64,000 bases of DNA from a virus. Lineage: Duplodnaviria > Caudoviricetes. The first letter of the stretch is position 1. The number at the start of each line of letters is the position of its first letter. The translations under genes and the position numbers were made by a program. Positions 47,353 through 56,802 of this stretch are shown here, piece by piece. The DNA is taken from IMG/VR virus record IMGVR_UViG_3300009092_000002, positions 1 to 64,000 of that record; one strand, 5' to 3'. The notes below the pieces were generated by a model that was not told the origin of the DNA, searched no databases, and saw only the letters and a program-made list of their open reading frames with translations.

Positions 47353-47928
47353 CTACCTCGTCACCTTGTGCACAAACCCTCGCGACACCTTAAACTCCGC
47401 CGCCACCTCCGATATCGAAGCCCCCTCTAAGCGCCGCTCCCGCATCTTCCCACGGTCCACGATTTTTTTTGGGCGTCCGCCAATCCTGCCCTCGCGTCGA
47501 GCCTTCGCCAACCCTGCAAGTGTGCGCTCCGAGATTCGCTGGCGCTCCTGTCGTGCAATCCAGGCCGCGATTGCAATCATCAGCTCCCCGGCTGGCCCCG
47601 TCGTTCGGAAATGCTCCTCCGTGAAACTGACAAACTCCACGCCACTCTCCCGTAGCCGCTTGATATGCAGAAATGTCTCCGGCACGCCCTCGCGCGTCAG
47701 CCGATCAAGCGCCCAAGCTACCACCAGATCGAACTCCCGACGCGATGCCCCCGCGAACATCTCCCGGAATTCATCACGCTTCGCATTCTTGCCGGTCGCG
47801 TGATCGACATACTCGCGGACAATCGTCCAGCCTTGCCTCTGACAGAACTCGCGGAGTTGTACGAGTTGATTTTCGGTGTCCTGTCCTTTATCTTTTGTGC
47901 TGACCCTTGCATATAGGGCTACTCGCAT
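47353..47928 (-). CDS. Small serine recombinase (resolvase/invertase family)
   Basis: YARVST catalytic motif, DRLTR, ERQRISERT, C-terminal HTH; GGAGGG RBS before ATG 47928. Confidence 0.92.
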   Translation of the reverse strand: MRVALYARVSTKDKGQDTENQLVQLREFCQRQGWTIVREYVDHATGKNAKRDEFREMFAGASRREFDLVVAWALDRLTREGVPETFLHIKRLRESGVEFVSFTEEHFRTTGPAGELMIAIAAWIARQERQRISERTLAGLAKARREGRIGGRPKKIVDRGKMRERRLEGASISEVAAEFKVSRGFVHKVTR

Positions 47929-48320
47929 TTGCTTTCCCTCCAAAGATTGGGAATTCATATTGGGGCTTTAGCCTTTAGGGCCGCGCGAGGGTTCCCTTGA
48001 CGTTTTGGGTAGCCGGGTACCCCTCCCATCCGCCTACCGCGCGCCGGCCAAATCACCACCCAAATAGTATCACAAAACGGTCGTACTGTGAACGCTAAAT
48101 AAACACACCTAACCAGTAGACCTGTCAATAAATACATCCCCTATGGCGACCTACCCTTTAGTGAACGCACCATATTTCGCACGAGCGATTCCGGCTGATC
48201 GCAAGTGTAGGTAAAATATGGCGATTCCGCAAAATCAGCACTTTTCAATAGAAATTTTGACAATAGGAAGCCCTAGGACGGGCTGCTGGGGGTCAGGTGA
48301 TACTAGGATATGGCGGAAAA

Positions 48321-49016
48321 CTAGCTTGTTATCGCCTTCACATCGATCGTGTTGCCGTCCTCGATCTGGCCTGGTTCGCTCTGGTTCGAACCAGGTTCGG
48401 CAATCTGGACTGACTGCGCCATGATGATCACGAAGGGGCGTGCCGTCTCGGGGGTTGCGTCCTTGGATAGCTCACCAGTGGCGTTGCCGAGTAGCTCAGT
48501 AACCGCCTTTGCTGCGTTGATAGCGGGTGCCATTGCGCCAACGTCGCGGAATTCTCGATACTCTTCGCCGTTGACCATCACGGGAACTTTAATCGGATCG
48601 CCGGCGGAGTCGAACATTGGCCGGCCGTCGGCGTCGAGCACGGCTATCTCGGCAGGATTGCCGTTGATGATGAGTGGTTGCTTGACGGTGACCTTCTGCA
48701 TCTTGATGGCCCCGTGAGCGTCTTGAACGTACTGACGACTCTCGGCCATAAGAAATTGAAGACTCTCGCTAAACTGCGATGCGGCCTTATCTTTGAGTTT
48801 CGCGGCAGCCTTGGTAATATGCCGCGATAGGTGATTTGTCTTGTGACGCTGGACGGCAGAATCGTTTAAATTGAATTGCTTCGCTATGCTTCGTGCACTA
48901 GACGAGGCAGAAGCGAGGCATGCGTCGATAGCCAATCTTTGAGGGTGAGAACAGACAGTACAAGTAATCTCGCGGATAATTTTCTGTCTATCTGCTTTCT
49001 TTTCCTGTACTTGCAC
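48321..49016 (-). CDS. Putative terminase small subunit
   Basis: CTVCSHP...SARSIAKQFNLNDSAVQRHKTNHL HTH; first gene of the late operon. Confidence 0.6.
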   Translation of the reverse strand: MQVQEKKADRQKIIREITCTVCSHPQRLAIDACLASASSSARSIAKQFNLNDSAVQRHKTNHLSRHITKAAAKLKDKAASQFSESLQFLMAESRQYVQDAHGAIKMQKVTVKQPLIINGNPAEIAVLDADGRPMFDSAGDPIKVPVMVNGEEYREFRDVGAMAPAINAAKAVTELLGNATGELSKDATPETARPFVIIMAQSVQIAEPGSNQSEPGQIEDGNTIDVKAITS

Positions 49017-49065
49017 AACCCAATATTACTACTCTTTCCCTCCCGATGCAAGCGCCGTCTCGCCG

Positions 49066-49345
49066 ACACATTGCGTCCAACAAGTGTAGGCTTTTATCTC
49101 CTTTAGAATCAAGTACCTTACACTTCCCGACACATTTACAGGTGTTTTCTATTTACCCCCAGGGTATATCGCGCAACTAAGTTGTTGATTCTATAGTAAG
49201 TCATTGATAATACATACTTATCAATACTTACATACTATATATATCTCTTTTTAAAATATAAAAAATAAAGTGTAGAAGTGTAGGAAGGTAATAGAATGAA
49301 CAACTTGCAAGTGTCGGCGAAGTGTTGGGAAAGTGTAGGCATCTG
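49066..49345. repeat. AT-rich core flanked by inverted iteron-like repeats (putative replication origin)
   Basis: Multiple AAGTGT(A/C/T)GG copies in opposing orientation; AAGTTGTTGATTCTA / TAGAATGAACAACTT arms; TTGATAA-7-TTATCAA palindrome. Confidence 0.6.
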
Positions 49346-49376
49346 TAGGTTGTTGATAACAAGCCTACTATAGTTC

Positions 49377-49405
49377 TTGACACTATGTCTATGATCATAT
49401 AGTAT
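49377..49405 (+). promoter_or_regulatory. Strong sigma70-like early promoter
   Basis: TTGACA-17 nt-TAGTAT. Confidence 0.75.
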
Positions 49406-49438
49406 GGTTCTGTCAGGTAGGAAACAGGAGAAAACGAG

Positions 49439-49672
49439 ATGACAGCAGATCAGATACAGGCAGTGAGAAGGATCGGGGTAGCGATACTCGAAACAGTGCG
49501 AGAGTCAGGCGCACTCGGAGCGCCCGGTGGCCATCTTTACGCGGCACTGATGGCTCATGGCTGCACTTTGCATCAGTTCGAGCAGATCATGGGCGGTCTC
49601 GAACGCGCTGGAATGGTCCGCAAGTCTGGAGACTGCTACCACTACGTACGCGGGCTATCTGTAGCAGCCTAA
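49439..49672 (+). CDS. Small early protein (winged-helix-like)
   Basis: CAGGAG RBS; short helical protein. Confidence 0.65.
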   Translation: MTADQIQAVRRIGVAILETVRESGALGAPGGHLYAALMAHGCTLHQFEQIMGGLERAGMVRKSGDCYHYVRGLSVAA

Positions 49673-49753
49673 TCGCAGAGTGGGCCCTGGAAACAGGGCT
49701 TAATGCGCGGATCTTGGTCACAGCGCCAGATAAGAGCAGAGGAGAAAACGAGA

Positions 49754-49963
49754 ATGATACCGAACGAGAGAACCAAGGAACTGCGACGAGAGATCCGCGA
49801 TACCCGCGCCGAAATGAAGGCCAAAGGGATCAAGCGAACCTCTTGCTTCAATGGCGGTTTAATTGGAGAAGTCTACAGTTTGAATGCTCGCATGTTTCAA
49901 CTTGAGACTCACCTGAAAGACGAAGAGCGGCGCAATCTGGCGGCACATGGCATTACAACCTAG
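49754..49963 (+). CDS. Small early protein
   Basis: GAGGAG RBS then ATG 49754. Confidence 0.6.
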   Translation: MIPNERTKELRREIRDTRAEMKAKGIKRTSCFNGGLIGEVYSLNARMFQLETHLKDEERRNLAAHGITT

Positions 49964-50017
49964 CATTCCAGGCCCACGTCAAGCCGGAAACTCGACGCGG
50001 GCCCTAAATCCAACACA

Positions 50018-50323
50018 GTGAGGATATTCACCATGCAGGATCTAAAAAACGGTACCACACTCAGCAAGCCGGGCCAGAAGTGGTTACTACCTTACAAGCG
50101 CGGCAAAAAGAATTACGAAGATATCGGATGCTTGCCGTATGTTTTGCTTCATGACCGCGGATTCGGCGGCGACAAGCTCTATCGCGTTGTTCGCAGGATG
50201 CCGGATGGAGGATTCGTTTATATCCTCTGTCAGGACGCCAACGGTGAACAACTCGGCCCGTTCTACAAGCGCCGCGATGCGGTGGCGATTCTCAAACAGA
50301 AGTATCAGGAGGCTTGCAGATGA
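50018..50323 (+). CDS. Early hypothetical protein
   Basis: ORF in early operon. Confidence 0.6.
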   Translation: MRIFTMQDLKNGTTLSKPGQKWLLPYKRGKKNYEDIGCLPYVLLHDRGFGGDKLYRVVRRMPDGGFVYILCQDANGEQLGPFYKRRDAVAILKQKYQEACR

Positions 50324-50505
50324 TAACAATTTTCAGTGATGGGCGCTGGGCTGTTGTGCTCCGCGTCGTTAACGCCCTATCGGTTGCAGGATTCGAGACC
50401 AAGACCGACACTAAGGGCACGAACGGGCGCTACAGCGTTGCGGTGGATATGCGCGAGCGCGTTGCAGTTCGGCGGGTTATTGAGGGGCTGGAGATTCAGA
50501 AGTAG
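50320..50505 (+). CDS. Early hypothetical protein
   Basis: ATGA-coupled. Confidence 0.55.
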   Translation: MITIFSDGRWAVVLRVVNALSVAGFETKTDTKGTNGRYSVAVDMRERVAVRRVIEGLEIQK

Positions 50506-50577
50506 TAACACCGGGCCCGCCTCGAGGTTCGCGCCTCAATCCGGGCCCTAACAACGCAAATTACAGGAGAATTTACG

Positions 50578-50961
50578 ATGTCTACACAAACGGTAACATA
50601 CAAACCTTTCGCGGTGAACGCCGATTCAGCCGTTCTTTACCGCCTTCAATTTTGGATGACCAATACAGAATGCGCGAAGTGGTTCAAACGCCGTCCCGAA
50701 TTAACTCCCGAACTCATCGCCAACGCTAGGCAGCTTGAGATCGCAGGCAAGATTTACATGGGAGTTCGGTGCTTGACGACCGCAGACGCGCGGCGACTGG
50801 TTGCGGCTGCAAAGTGGGCTGCTGAAATGGCCAACCCGCTAGCGGAATGCAAGCATGAACATCTCGGCACGACTGGCGATCCAGAATCCTACACCTGTAT
50901 GGACTGCTCCGAAACATTACCACGCCGTATTGCCGTACTCGCGCGTATGGAGGTGCTCTAA
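50578..50961 (+). CDS. Early hypothetical protein with Zn-finger-like C-terminus
   Basis: CAGGAG RBS; CKHEH...CMDC. Confidence 0.6.
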   Translation: MSTQTVTYKPFAVNADSAVLYRLQFWMTNTECAKWFKRRPELTPELIANARQLEIAGKIYMGVRCLTTADARRLVAAAKWAAEMANPLAECKHEHLGTTGDPESYTCMDCSETLPRRIAVLARMEVL

Positions 50962-51729
50962 ATGGCTACCTCATACGACGTGAAAGCAGTTGCCGCGATC
51001 ATCCGCGCAACACTGAAGGCCGCATTCCCTAAGACAAAGTTCTCGGTTCGCCTCGATCGCTACTCGGGCGGATATTCCATCGATGCGCGATGGACGGATG
51101 GCCCCACCGATAGCCAGGTTAAGCCGATTCTTGACCGATTTGAGAGCAAGGGATTCGACGGAATGACCGATTGCTCGTATTATTGCGGGAAACGTCGCTA
51201 CAAGGGCGAAATCGTCAGTATGAATGGCGGATACGTTCGCGGGACTCGCAACATGTCGAAAGCTGTTCTACTCGCCGTGGCTGATCGTGTCGCTTACGAA
51301 TGCGGAACGCAGGCTCCGGAAGTCAAAGAGCACAGCGGGAAAGACGGATATGCTTACCTTGCGGGCGATTACAACCAGCGCGTACCGTTTCAGTGGCACT
51401 CACACTGGATCGACTCCGGAAAAGAGCATGACAAGCGCCGGAAGTGGCTAGGAATGGACGATATCACGGGCCCAGGTCACCTACTGGCGCACGATTCGCA
51501 TGAAGGCGAGTACCTGACACGCCTGATCGACCGTATCGCCCATCACGTCTCCCTGGAAGAAGCGCAGCCCGTCGAACTGCCCGAATACATAAACGAAACT
51601 GCCACGGTAGAGACCGGCCGCGCGTCGTTTGAGCCGAAAATGCGGATGTTCCCGCACCTGGAAACGGCGCAGGCTGAAGATAAGGCGATTGCCGAGTTTG
51701 AGAATGTGAACCTGGAGGTTATCAACTAG
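50962..51729 (+). CDS. LPD29-domain protein
   Basis: IRATLKAAFPKTKFSVR...WTDGPT...FDGMTD matches LPD29 pattern. Confidence 0.75.
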   Translation: MATSYDVKAVAAIIRATLKAAFPKTKFSVRLDRYSGGYSIDARWTDGPTDSQVKPILDRFESKGFDGMTDCSYYCGKRRYKGEIVSMNGGYVRGTRNMSKAVLLAVADRVAYECGTQAPEVKEHSGKDGYAYLAGDYNQRVPFQWHSHWIDSGKEHDKRRKWLGMDDITGPGHLLAHDSHEGEYLTRLIDRIAHHVSLEEAQPVELPEYINETATVETGRASFEPKMRMFPHLETAQAEDKAIAEFENVNLEVIN

Positions 51730-51796
51730 CCCCTGCCTCCTATCTAGGGCTTTCTTCGGAGAGCCCCTGATAGGGATTAGGGGCAAAGGAGACAAT

Positions 51797-52102
51797 ATGG
51801 GAATCGCAGCATACAACCGAGGATCGACCGCACTGTCGCGAGAAATCGACGCGGATCAGCGCCCGGTGGAATTCGAAATCATGGAACGGCTGAACGCTCT
51901 GCCGAAGTATGCGGACGCCGGTAAGCCGTTCGGCCCGATTGATTTTCGCGAGTCGAACGGTATATGGTGGGCGCTCGATCCCGCCGAAGGATTCGCGGGC
52001 TTCGGTTTCTGGTACACGTCACTACATGAAGCGGTTCGACGGTGGCGCGTTCAGATCGTTGCGTTCGACAACGGGGTATGGAAAGCGGAGGTCTCCCGAT
52101 GA
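51797..52102 (+). CDS. Early hypothetical protein
   Basis: AAGGAG RBS. Confidence 0.65.
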   Translation: MGIAAYNRGSTALSREIDADQRPVEFEIMERLNALPKYADAGKPFGPIDFRESNGIWWALDPAEGFAGFGFWYTSLHEAVRRWRVQIVAFDNGVWKAEVSR

Positions 52103-52329
52103 AACACCAACCTAACCTCGCCGAACTGGAGCGCCTCTGTATGAACTGGAACGGAACCTATCCAATTGGAACTGAGGTCGAGTACCACTCGGTTATCGGT
52201 TCACCAAAGCACATCGTAACGCGCACCCGTACCGGCGCTTATGTTCTGAGCGGACATACCGCCGTGCTGTTTGTTGAGGGCGTCTCTGGCTGCGTAGCAT
52301 TGGAAGCGGTTGAGCCGGTGACGAAATAG
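52099..52329 (+). CDS. Early hypothetical protein
   Basis: GGAGG RBS, ATGA-coupled. Confidence 0.6.
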   Translation: MKHQPNLAELERLCMNWNGTYPIGTEVEYHSVIGSPKHIVTRTRTGAYVLSGHTAVLFVEGVSGCVALEAVEPVTK

Positions 52330-52427
52330 CCCCATACCACAACCCACCCCGTGAGAAAATTGCGTTTTTGCACCCTCACGGGCGGGGCGGATTGGCAATT
52401 TAGTTTAGGGGAAGGAAGGGAGAAGAG

Positions 52428-52913
52428 ATGGCCGAACAAACACTGGTCCACTATAGCAAGCACCCACTTACGGAAATTAGATCGGTTTCTGTAGCCGAAC
52501 AGGGTGATCACCACAAACCCAAAGGGCTGTGGGTGTCCGTTCTCGGGGAATGCGACTGGAAATCATGGTGCGAAGGAGAAGGGTTTTCCCTTCCAAATCT
52601 ATCCATTGCGCACAGAATTATCCTGTCAGATAAAGCCGATATCCTGCGTCTATCGAACGCTCAAGATATTGACCAATTCACGTTGGAGTTTGCTAGGCCA
52701 GAGCGATACGGCAGTAGATACGAGATTGACTGGCAGAGAGTTGCTAACGGTCGCGACGGAATTATTATAGCGCCGTACGTGTGGGAGCGCCGGTTGAATG
52801 GTGGGGCAGACTGGTATTACCGATGGGATTGCGCAAGCGGGTGTATCTGGAACGCTTCAGCGGTCAAGCAAATCATCCCGATGCAGTCCGAGGCTGCAAT
52901 CTGTGCCCACTAG
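52428..52913 (+). CDS. Hypothetical phage protein
   Basis: GGGAG RBS; KPKGLWVS motif. Confidence 0.65.
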   Translation: MAEQTLVHYSKHPLTEIRSVSVAEQGDHHKPKGLWVSVLGECDWKSWCEGEGFSLPNLSIAHRIILSDKADILRLSNAQDIDQFTLEFARPERYGSRYEIDWQRVANGRDGIIIAPYVWERRLNGGADWYYRWDCASGCIWNASAVKQIIPMQSEAAICAH

Positions 52914-52940
52914 CCCCGACTGCCGCGCGCTGGTGCGACC

Positions 52941-53108
52941 ATGAAAACCCTAATCCTGAACTGCCTCCGATGTCAGCACAAGTGGCTGCGCCGGAGTCTG
53001 GAGAGGCTACCAAAACAATGCCCGAATTGCCACTCACCCTACTGGGCTAAACATCGGCGAATCACAGCCAATAGACCCGCTCCACGCACCGAGTCGATTT
53101 CCCATTAA
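52941..53108 (+). CDS. Small zinc-ribbon protein (55 aa)
   Basis: Manual translation MKTLILNCLRCQHKW...PKQCPNCHSPYW. Confidence 0.6.
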   Translation: MKTLILNCLRCQHKWLRRSLERLPKQCPNCHSPYWAKHRRITANRPAPRTESISH

Positions 53109-54717
53109 CGTCGTGTAGCGCGACCTGATAGCCGGCGGATTTGAGCATCTGGGTAATGGCCTTATCGCTGTGCGGCTTACCCAGAAACGGCCGGAACTTC
53201 TCCCGGAATTCCTTCATCGGGATAACATACTCTGGCTTGCCGTTCGATTTGACTTCCTCGCTCTTGCCGCAGCACTCCTCTATAAATCCATTGACGGGAT
53301 TCTGCTCAAGCCGGTATTGCGCCACGCGCGCGGTAGATTCGTCGATCACCGTAAACTCGCCGTTGTTGCGTACCAGGCGGTCAGCCCCTTCGACGCTCCA
53401 GGCAAAAATACCCTGAATCTCAGCCTTGAGTTTGTCAAGAATCCCCTTATCCTGTTCACTCTTCAATAATACGTGCCTAAATTGAATCAGTAGTAGACGG
53501 TTGAACGTGGCGCGGCTGAGATCGTTGATGGTCGGCAGGTTGTTACAGCAGATGACGTGCTTACAGAATGGGGTGTAGTCGAAGGGCTGAAGGAATTTCG
53601 GATCGATCGATATCGGATCTCCTGTCGAGACGAGCTGCTTAAATCCGCCATCGGCGATCATGGCGTCGGATGGCAGCTCAGTCAGCAGGTTAACCATCTT
53701 GCCCACCAGGGGCGCGCGCTTGCGCTCGTCGGCCATCTGGTCGGTAGACAGGGTACATCGGTTGTGCGGACCCACCAGGGCGCTAAGAATGAGCGGAACC
53801 TGGCTTTTGCCGGTGTCCGACTCGCCTTGGAGAAATAAGGCTCGCTTATACAGGGCGTGCGGCAGGAGCACATACCCGAAATACTCCTGCAGTGCGTCGA
53901 TCTTGGCGTCGGCGTCCTTATCGCCCCGGAACCATCGCTCCATGGTCGCGAGCCAGATCGGGCAGCGGGCCTGCGGGTCGTAATTGTGCGGGATGACGGT
54001 TTCGAGGTAATCTTCGCGGGCGTGCGCCCGGACTTTGCAGGTATGGACATCAACCACTCCATTAGCGCAGGCGATCTCTGTCGGCCCCAGCGCCCGCCAT
54101 GGTATTTCGGTCTGGTTGGTGGCGTCGAGCACGTACTTGACGGCCTCCGAGCGCCGGGCGTCGGTCGTGTACTGATGGCTGTCGAGCGCCAAAGCATAGC
54201 TGCGGAGTTTGGAATTCGGGATGCGCTCCCAGTACCGCCCGTTGTACTCGCGCACCTGTCCGGAGGATTCGAGCAGAATATCGTGATCGCGCATGATGAG
54301 CCGCGCGAGATCGTTGACGACTACCTTAGCGGCGCTGTCGTTCGGCAGGTATAGCGCCGGCGCGCGGACCCCTGGCGGATGCTCGGAGCCGCGGGAGCCT
54401 GAGCGCTGGTCAGGCCGATGCTTTTCGATTAGCCTGCTGATTTTATGGGCGGGGAAGAACTTCCCCCACTTCTTATGGAACTTCTCGACATACTGCTCTG
54501 CCTCCAACTCCGGCAGCAGCGCGAGCTTCGGCACGAGCGCGAGCACTGCAGGCACGTCGGCCTTGCTCTCCATCAACAGGTCGATAATGTGGAGGTCTAT
54601 GTCAGCCCTAAGGCTCTGCGCAGCGGCAGCCTGGTAGGCGGCGCTCTGGTATGGATTGGGGGGATGGGTTATACGGTCGCCTCCGGGGATTGGTTGGTGC
54701 GCGGTAGCCGTACGCAC
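53062..54717 (-). CDS. P4/D5-family SF3 helicase (primase-associated C-terminal domain)
   Basis: D5_N-like IACANGVVDVHTCKVRAH; Walker A QGESDTGKS; CCNNLPTIND motif C. Confidence 0.88.
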   Translation of the reverse strand: MRTATAHQPIPGGDRITHPPNPYQSAAYQAAAAQSLRADIDLHIIDLLMESKADVPAVLALVPKLALLPELEAEQYVEKFHKKWGKFFPAHKISRLIEKHRPDQRSGSRGSEHPPGVRAPALYLPNDSAAKVVVNDLARLIMRDHDILLESSGQVREYNGRYWERIPNSKLRSYALALDSHQYTTDARRSEAVKYVLDATNQTEIPWRALGPTEIACANGVVDVHTCKVRAHAREDYLETVIPHNYDPQARCPIWLATMERWFRGDKDADAKIDALQEYFGYVLLPHALYKRALFLQGESDTGKSQVPLILSALVGPHNRCTLSTDQMADERKRAPLVGKMVNLLTELPSDAMIADGGFKQLVSTGDPISIDPKFLQPFDYTPFCKHVICCNNLPTINDLSRATFNRLLLIQFRHVLLKSEQDKGILDKLKAEIQGIFAWSVEGADRLVRNNGEFTVIDESTARVAQYRLEQNPVNGFIEECCGKSEEVKSNGKPEYVIPMKEFREKFRPFLGKPHSDKAITQMLKSAGYQVALHDVNGKSTRCVERVYWL

Positions 54718-54956
54718 GACCTAACATAAGCCCTAACGCGTTCCAGGTCGCGCATTTTATGGTAAGTTCCGTACTCAATAACTCCCGCTATTTCCAGGCC
54801 GCGAACTCGGTATACGTCATGCGGTCCGGTAACATAGGTTGCATCACGAAATGCGCCATACCCAATCCGCTCACCGGCTTGCTTGGGGTTCTCGTTGGCC
54901 CACTTTACGAACTCCCGATGGCTGCCGCATAGAACGGCTACAATCCTACCCTTCAT
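54669..54956 (-). CDS. Hypothetical protein
   Basis: Coupled ORF. Confidence 0.5.
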   Translation of the reverse strand: MKGRIVAVLCGSHREFVKWANENPKQAGERIGYGAFRDATYVTGPHDVYRVRGLEIAGVIEYGTYHKMRDLERVRAYVRSCVRLPRTNQSPEATV

Positions 54957-55204
54957 CGCCCCGCCACCTCCAAAATCCCCACGATCTGCCGTGCGATCGC
55001 CCGCGCCTCGGCCTCTTCGCGCTCACGCTGCTCAACGTGCAGCCGGTACAGCCGCCGAAACTCCGGATGCTCGGCCCGGTACTTGATGTAGGCGTCCATA
55101 ATCTGCTGCGGTGTCGCCTCCCGGATCGCCCGGTTGCAGGCGTCCCAGCGCGACTGATCGGCGGCGGCAAGGATGCGCCAGGCGGCTGAGGATTTGTGGG
55201 TCAT
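54953..55204 (-). CDS. Hypothetical protein
   Basis: ATGA-coupled ORF. Confidence 0.6.
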   Translation of the reverse strand: MTHKSSAAWRILAAADQSRWDACNRAIREATPQQIMDAYIKYRAEHPEFRRLYRLHVEQREREEAEARAIARQIVGILEVAGR

Positions 55205-56184
55205 GCGACGGACTCCCGTAGCGCGTTTCGTAGAATTGAAACTACTAGTTTTTCTACCGCTGCTCTCTCTGGTTCGTTTGGCAGTTCCGACTTATCTCGC
55301 GCCGCTCGGCACTCCTCGAACAATCCAGTAGAATGCTCTTTGATTTGGGTTAATGTCCACTTGCCTCGCTTAATATCCAGCAATTCGGCGGCGTCGGTTG
55401 TTCGATATACCTGGAGTTCGCCGGTCTGCATGAATTCTTTACACATTCGGAGAAGGCGAATCAGATGCGCGGCATTCTTGGAATCGTAGCCGTGCTCTAA
55501 AACTAGGCCCTTGCGCTTTTCTCCGAGGTAGCCGATATTCTCGCCCTTCTTCTGATAATGTTTCAGTCGTTGTAGGAGAACGTCCGTACCCCAGTTCGCG
55601 GCATCGCGACTCTCGCCCGTGTCACGTTTGGGTTCCGGAAATACCTCACCTTTGTGGTTCGGGTGAATACCGCGATGCTTCAATTCTGCGGTGACCGCCA
55701 TGTATTCGCGTAACTCGGCAGGGTCCCGGCTCTCCATCTTTTCAAGCTGGGCATGGGCGTATCCAGCGAATGCGTTGTAGACGTGCTTGCCGATAAATAG
55801 ATGGCGGTTTTTGATCAGTTCTTTTGCGGCTCCGCTTTTGAAAAGGTAGTCCTCTTCGCGAAGCCAGAGCGTTCCGAGAATATTCGGGTTGCCCTGAAGG
55901 AGAAGCGACACGGCCTTGCGGAGTTCATAGAATACGCAGTCGTACTGCGCCTCTTTGTATTCCTTCGTGCCGCGCGATCCCCACTCGGACAGTCCTAAAT
56001 AGCACTCCTCCGGCCCGACAACAAACCCCATGAGATCCACGTCGTCAATGGAGTTCGGATCGGTATTCGGAACGTACATGTTGTGCGCAATCGAGCCACG
56101 ATAAGCAAGCAGCATCGTGCCACCTGGGATCTTGCACGCGCCGTCTGGATTCTTCAGATTAAATAGCGACCAATCCTTTACCAT
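55201..56184 (-). CDS. Pol-beta superfamily nucleotidyltransferase (RlaP/PF10127-like)
   Basis: RGSIAH...DDVDL; YELRKAVSLLLQGNPNILGTLW; YDSKNAAHLIRLL. Confidence 0.85.
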   Translation of the reverse strand: MVKDWSLFNLKNPDGACKIPGGTMLLAYRGSIAHNMYVPNTDPNSIDDVDLMGFVVGPEECYLGLSEWGSRGTKEYKEAQYDCVFYELRKAVSLLLQGNPNILGTLWLREEDYLFKSGAAKELIKNRHLFIGKHVYNAFAGYAHAQLEKMESRDPAELREYMAVTAELKHRGIHPNHKGEVFPEPKRDTGESRDAANWGTDVLLQRLKHYQKKGENIGYLGEKRKGLVLEHGYDSKNAAHLIRLLRMCKEFMQTGELQVYRTTDAAELLDIKRGKWTLTQIKEHSTGLFEECRAARDKSELPNEPERAAVEKLVVSILRNALRESVA

Positions 56185-56645
56185 TCCACCTCCAAATTCC
56201 CCCTCATCCACTCAAACGCCTCAACCTCAACCGTAGGCAGCATCGCGGCCCTGACGACTGCAGCGTACCCTCCCAGCGATACCCAGTAAGCGCACTCCCC
56301 CGCAAGCCCCTCCGCGATCGCCAACCGCTCCCGATACTCGCGCACGGGCACCGAGTCCAGCGCCACCCCACTGCGCTCCGCGAGCACGCGCACGGCTTCG
56401 GGGAACGACAGCCCGTCGATAGCCCGGAGGAAGGCGATGGCGTCGCCGGATTTGCCACAGCCGAAACACTTGTAGAATCCGCGGTCGGCGTGGACGCGGA
56501 AGCTGGGCGTCTTCTCGATGTGGAAGCAGCACAGCCCGATGTAGTCTTGCGTGCGCCCGATGCGCTTCAGGCGTACACGTTCGGAGATCAGGGCGAGAAT
56601 GTTGGCGCTGGCTCTGACTTGGGATAGGGCGCTAGGTGCGAACAT
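56178..56645 (-). CDS. Stand-alone CHC2 zinc-finger (DnaG N-terminal domain)
   Basis: GLCCFHIEKTPSF...YKCFGCGKSGDAIAF...LSFPEAVRVLA; no TOPRIM domain follows. Confidence 0.85.
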   Translation of the reverse strand: MFAPSALSQVRASANILALISERVRLKRIGRTQDYIGLCCFHIEKTPSFRVHADRGFYKCFGCGKSGDAIAFLRAIDGLSFPEAVRVLAERSGVALDSVPVREYRERLAIAEGLAGECAYWVSLGGYAAVVRAAMLPTVEVEAFEWMRGNLEVEW

Positions 56646-56802
56646 GGGCCTCCCGCGAAGTGAGCCAAAAGCTTGTCAAGTTATTTATTTTCGCGTTGCA
56701 GTCGCTAGGGTTATAGTGCGCGAAAGGCCCATTTTCATTGGTCCGCGAAAGCCACTGTGATAAAATGGTTCTAGCTCGCAACCAACGAGCAGGAGAAAAC
56801 AA

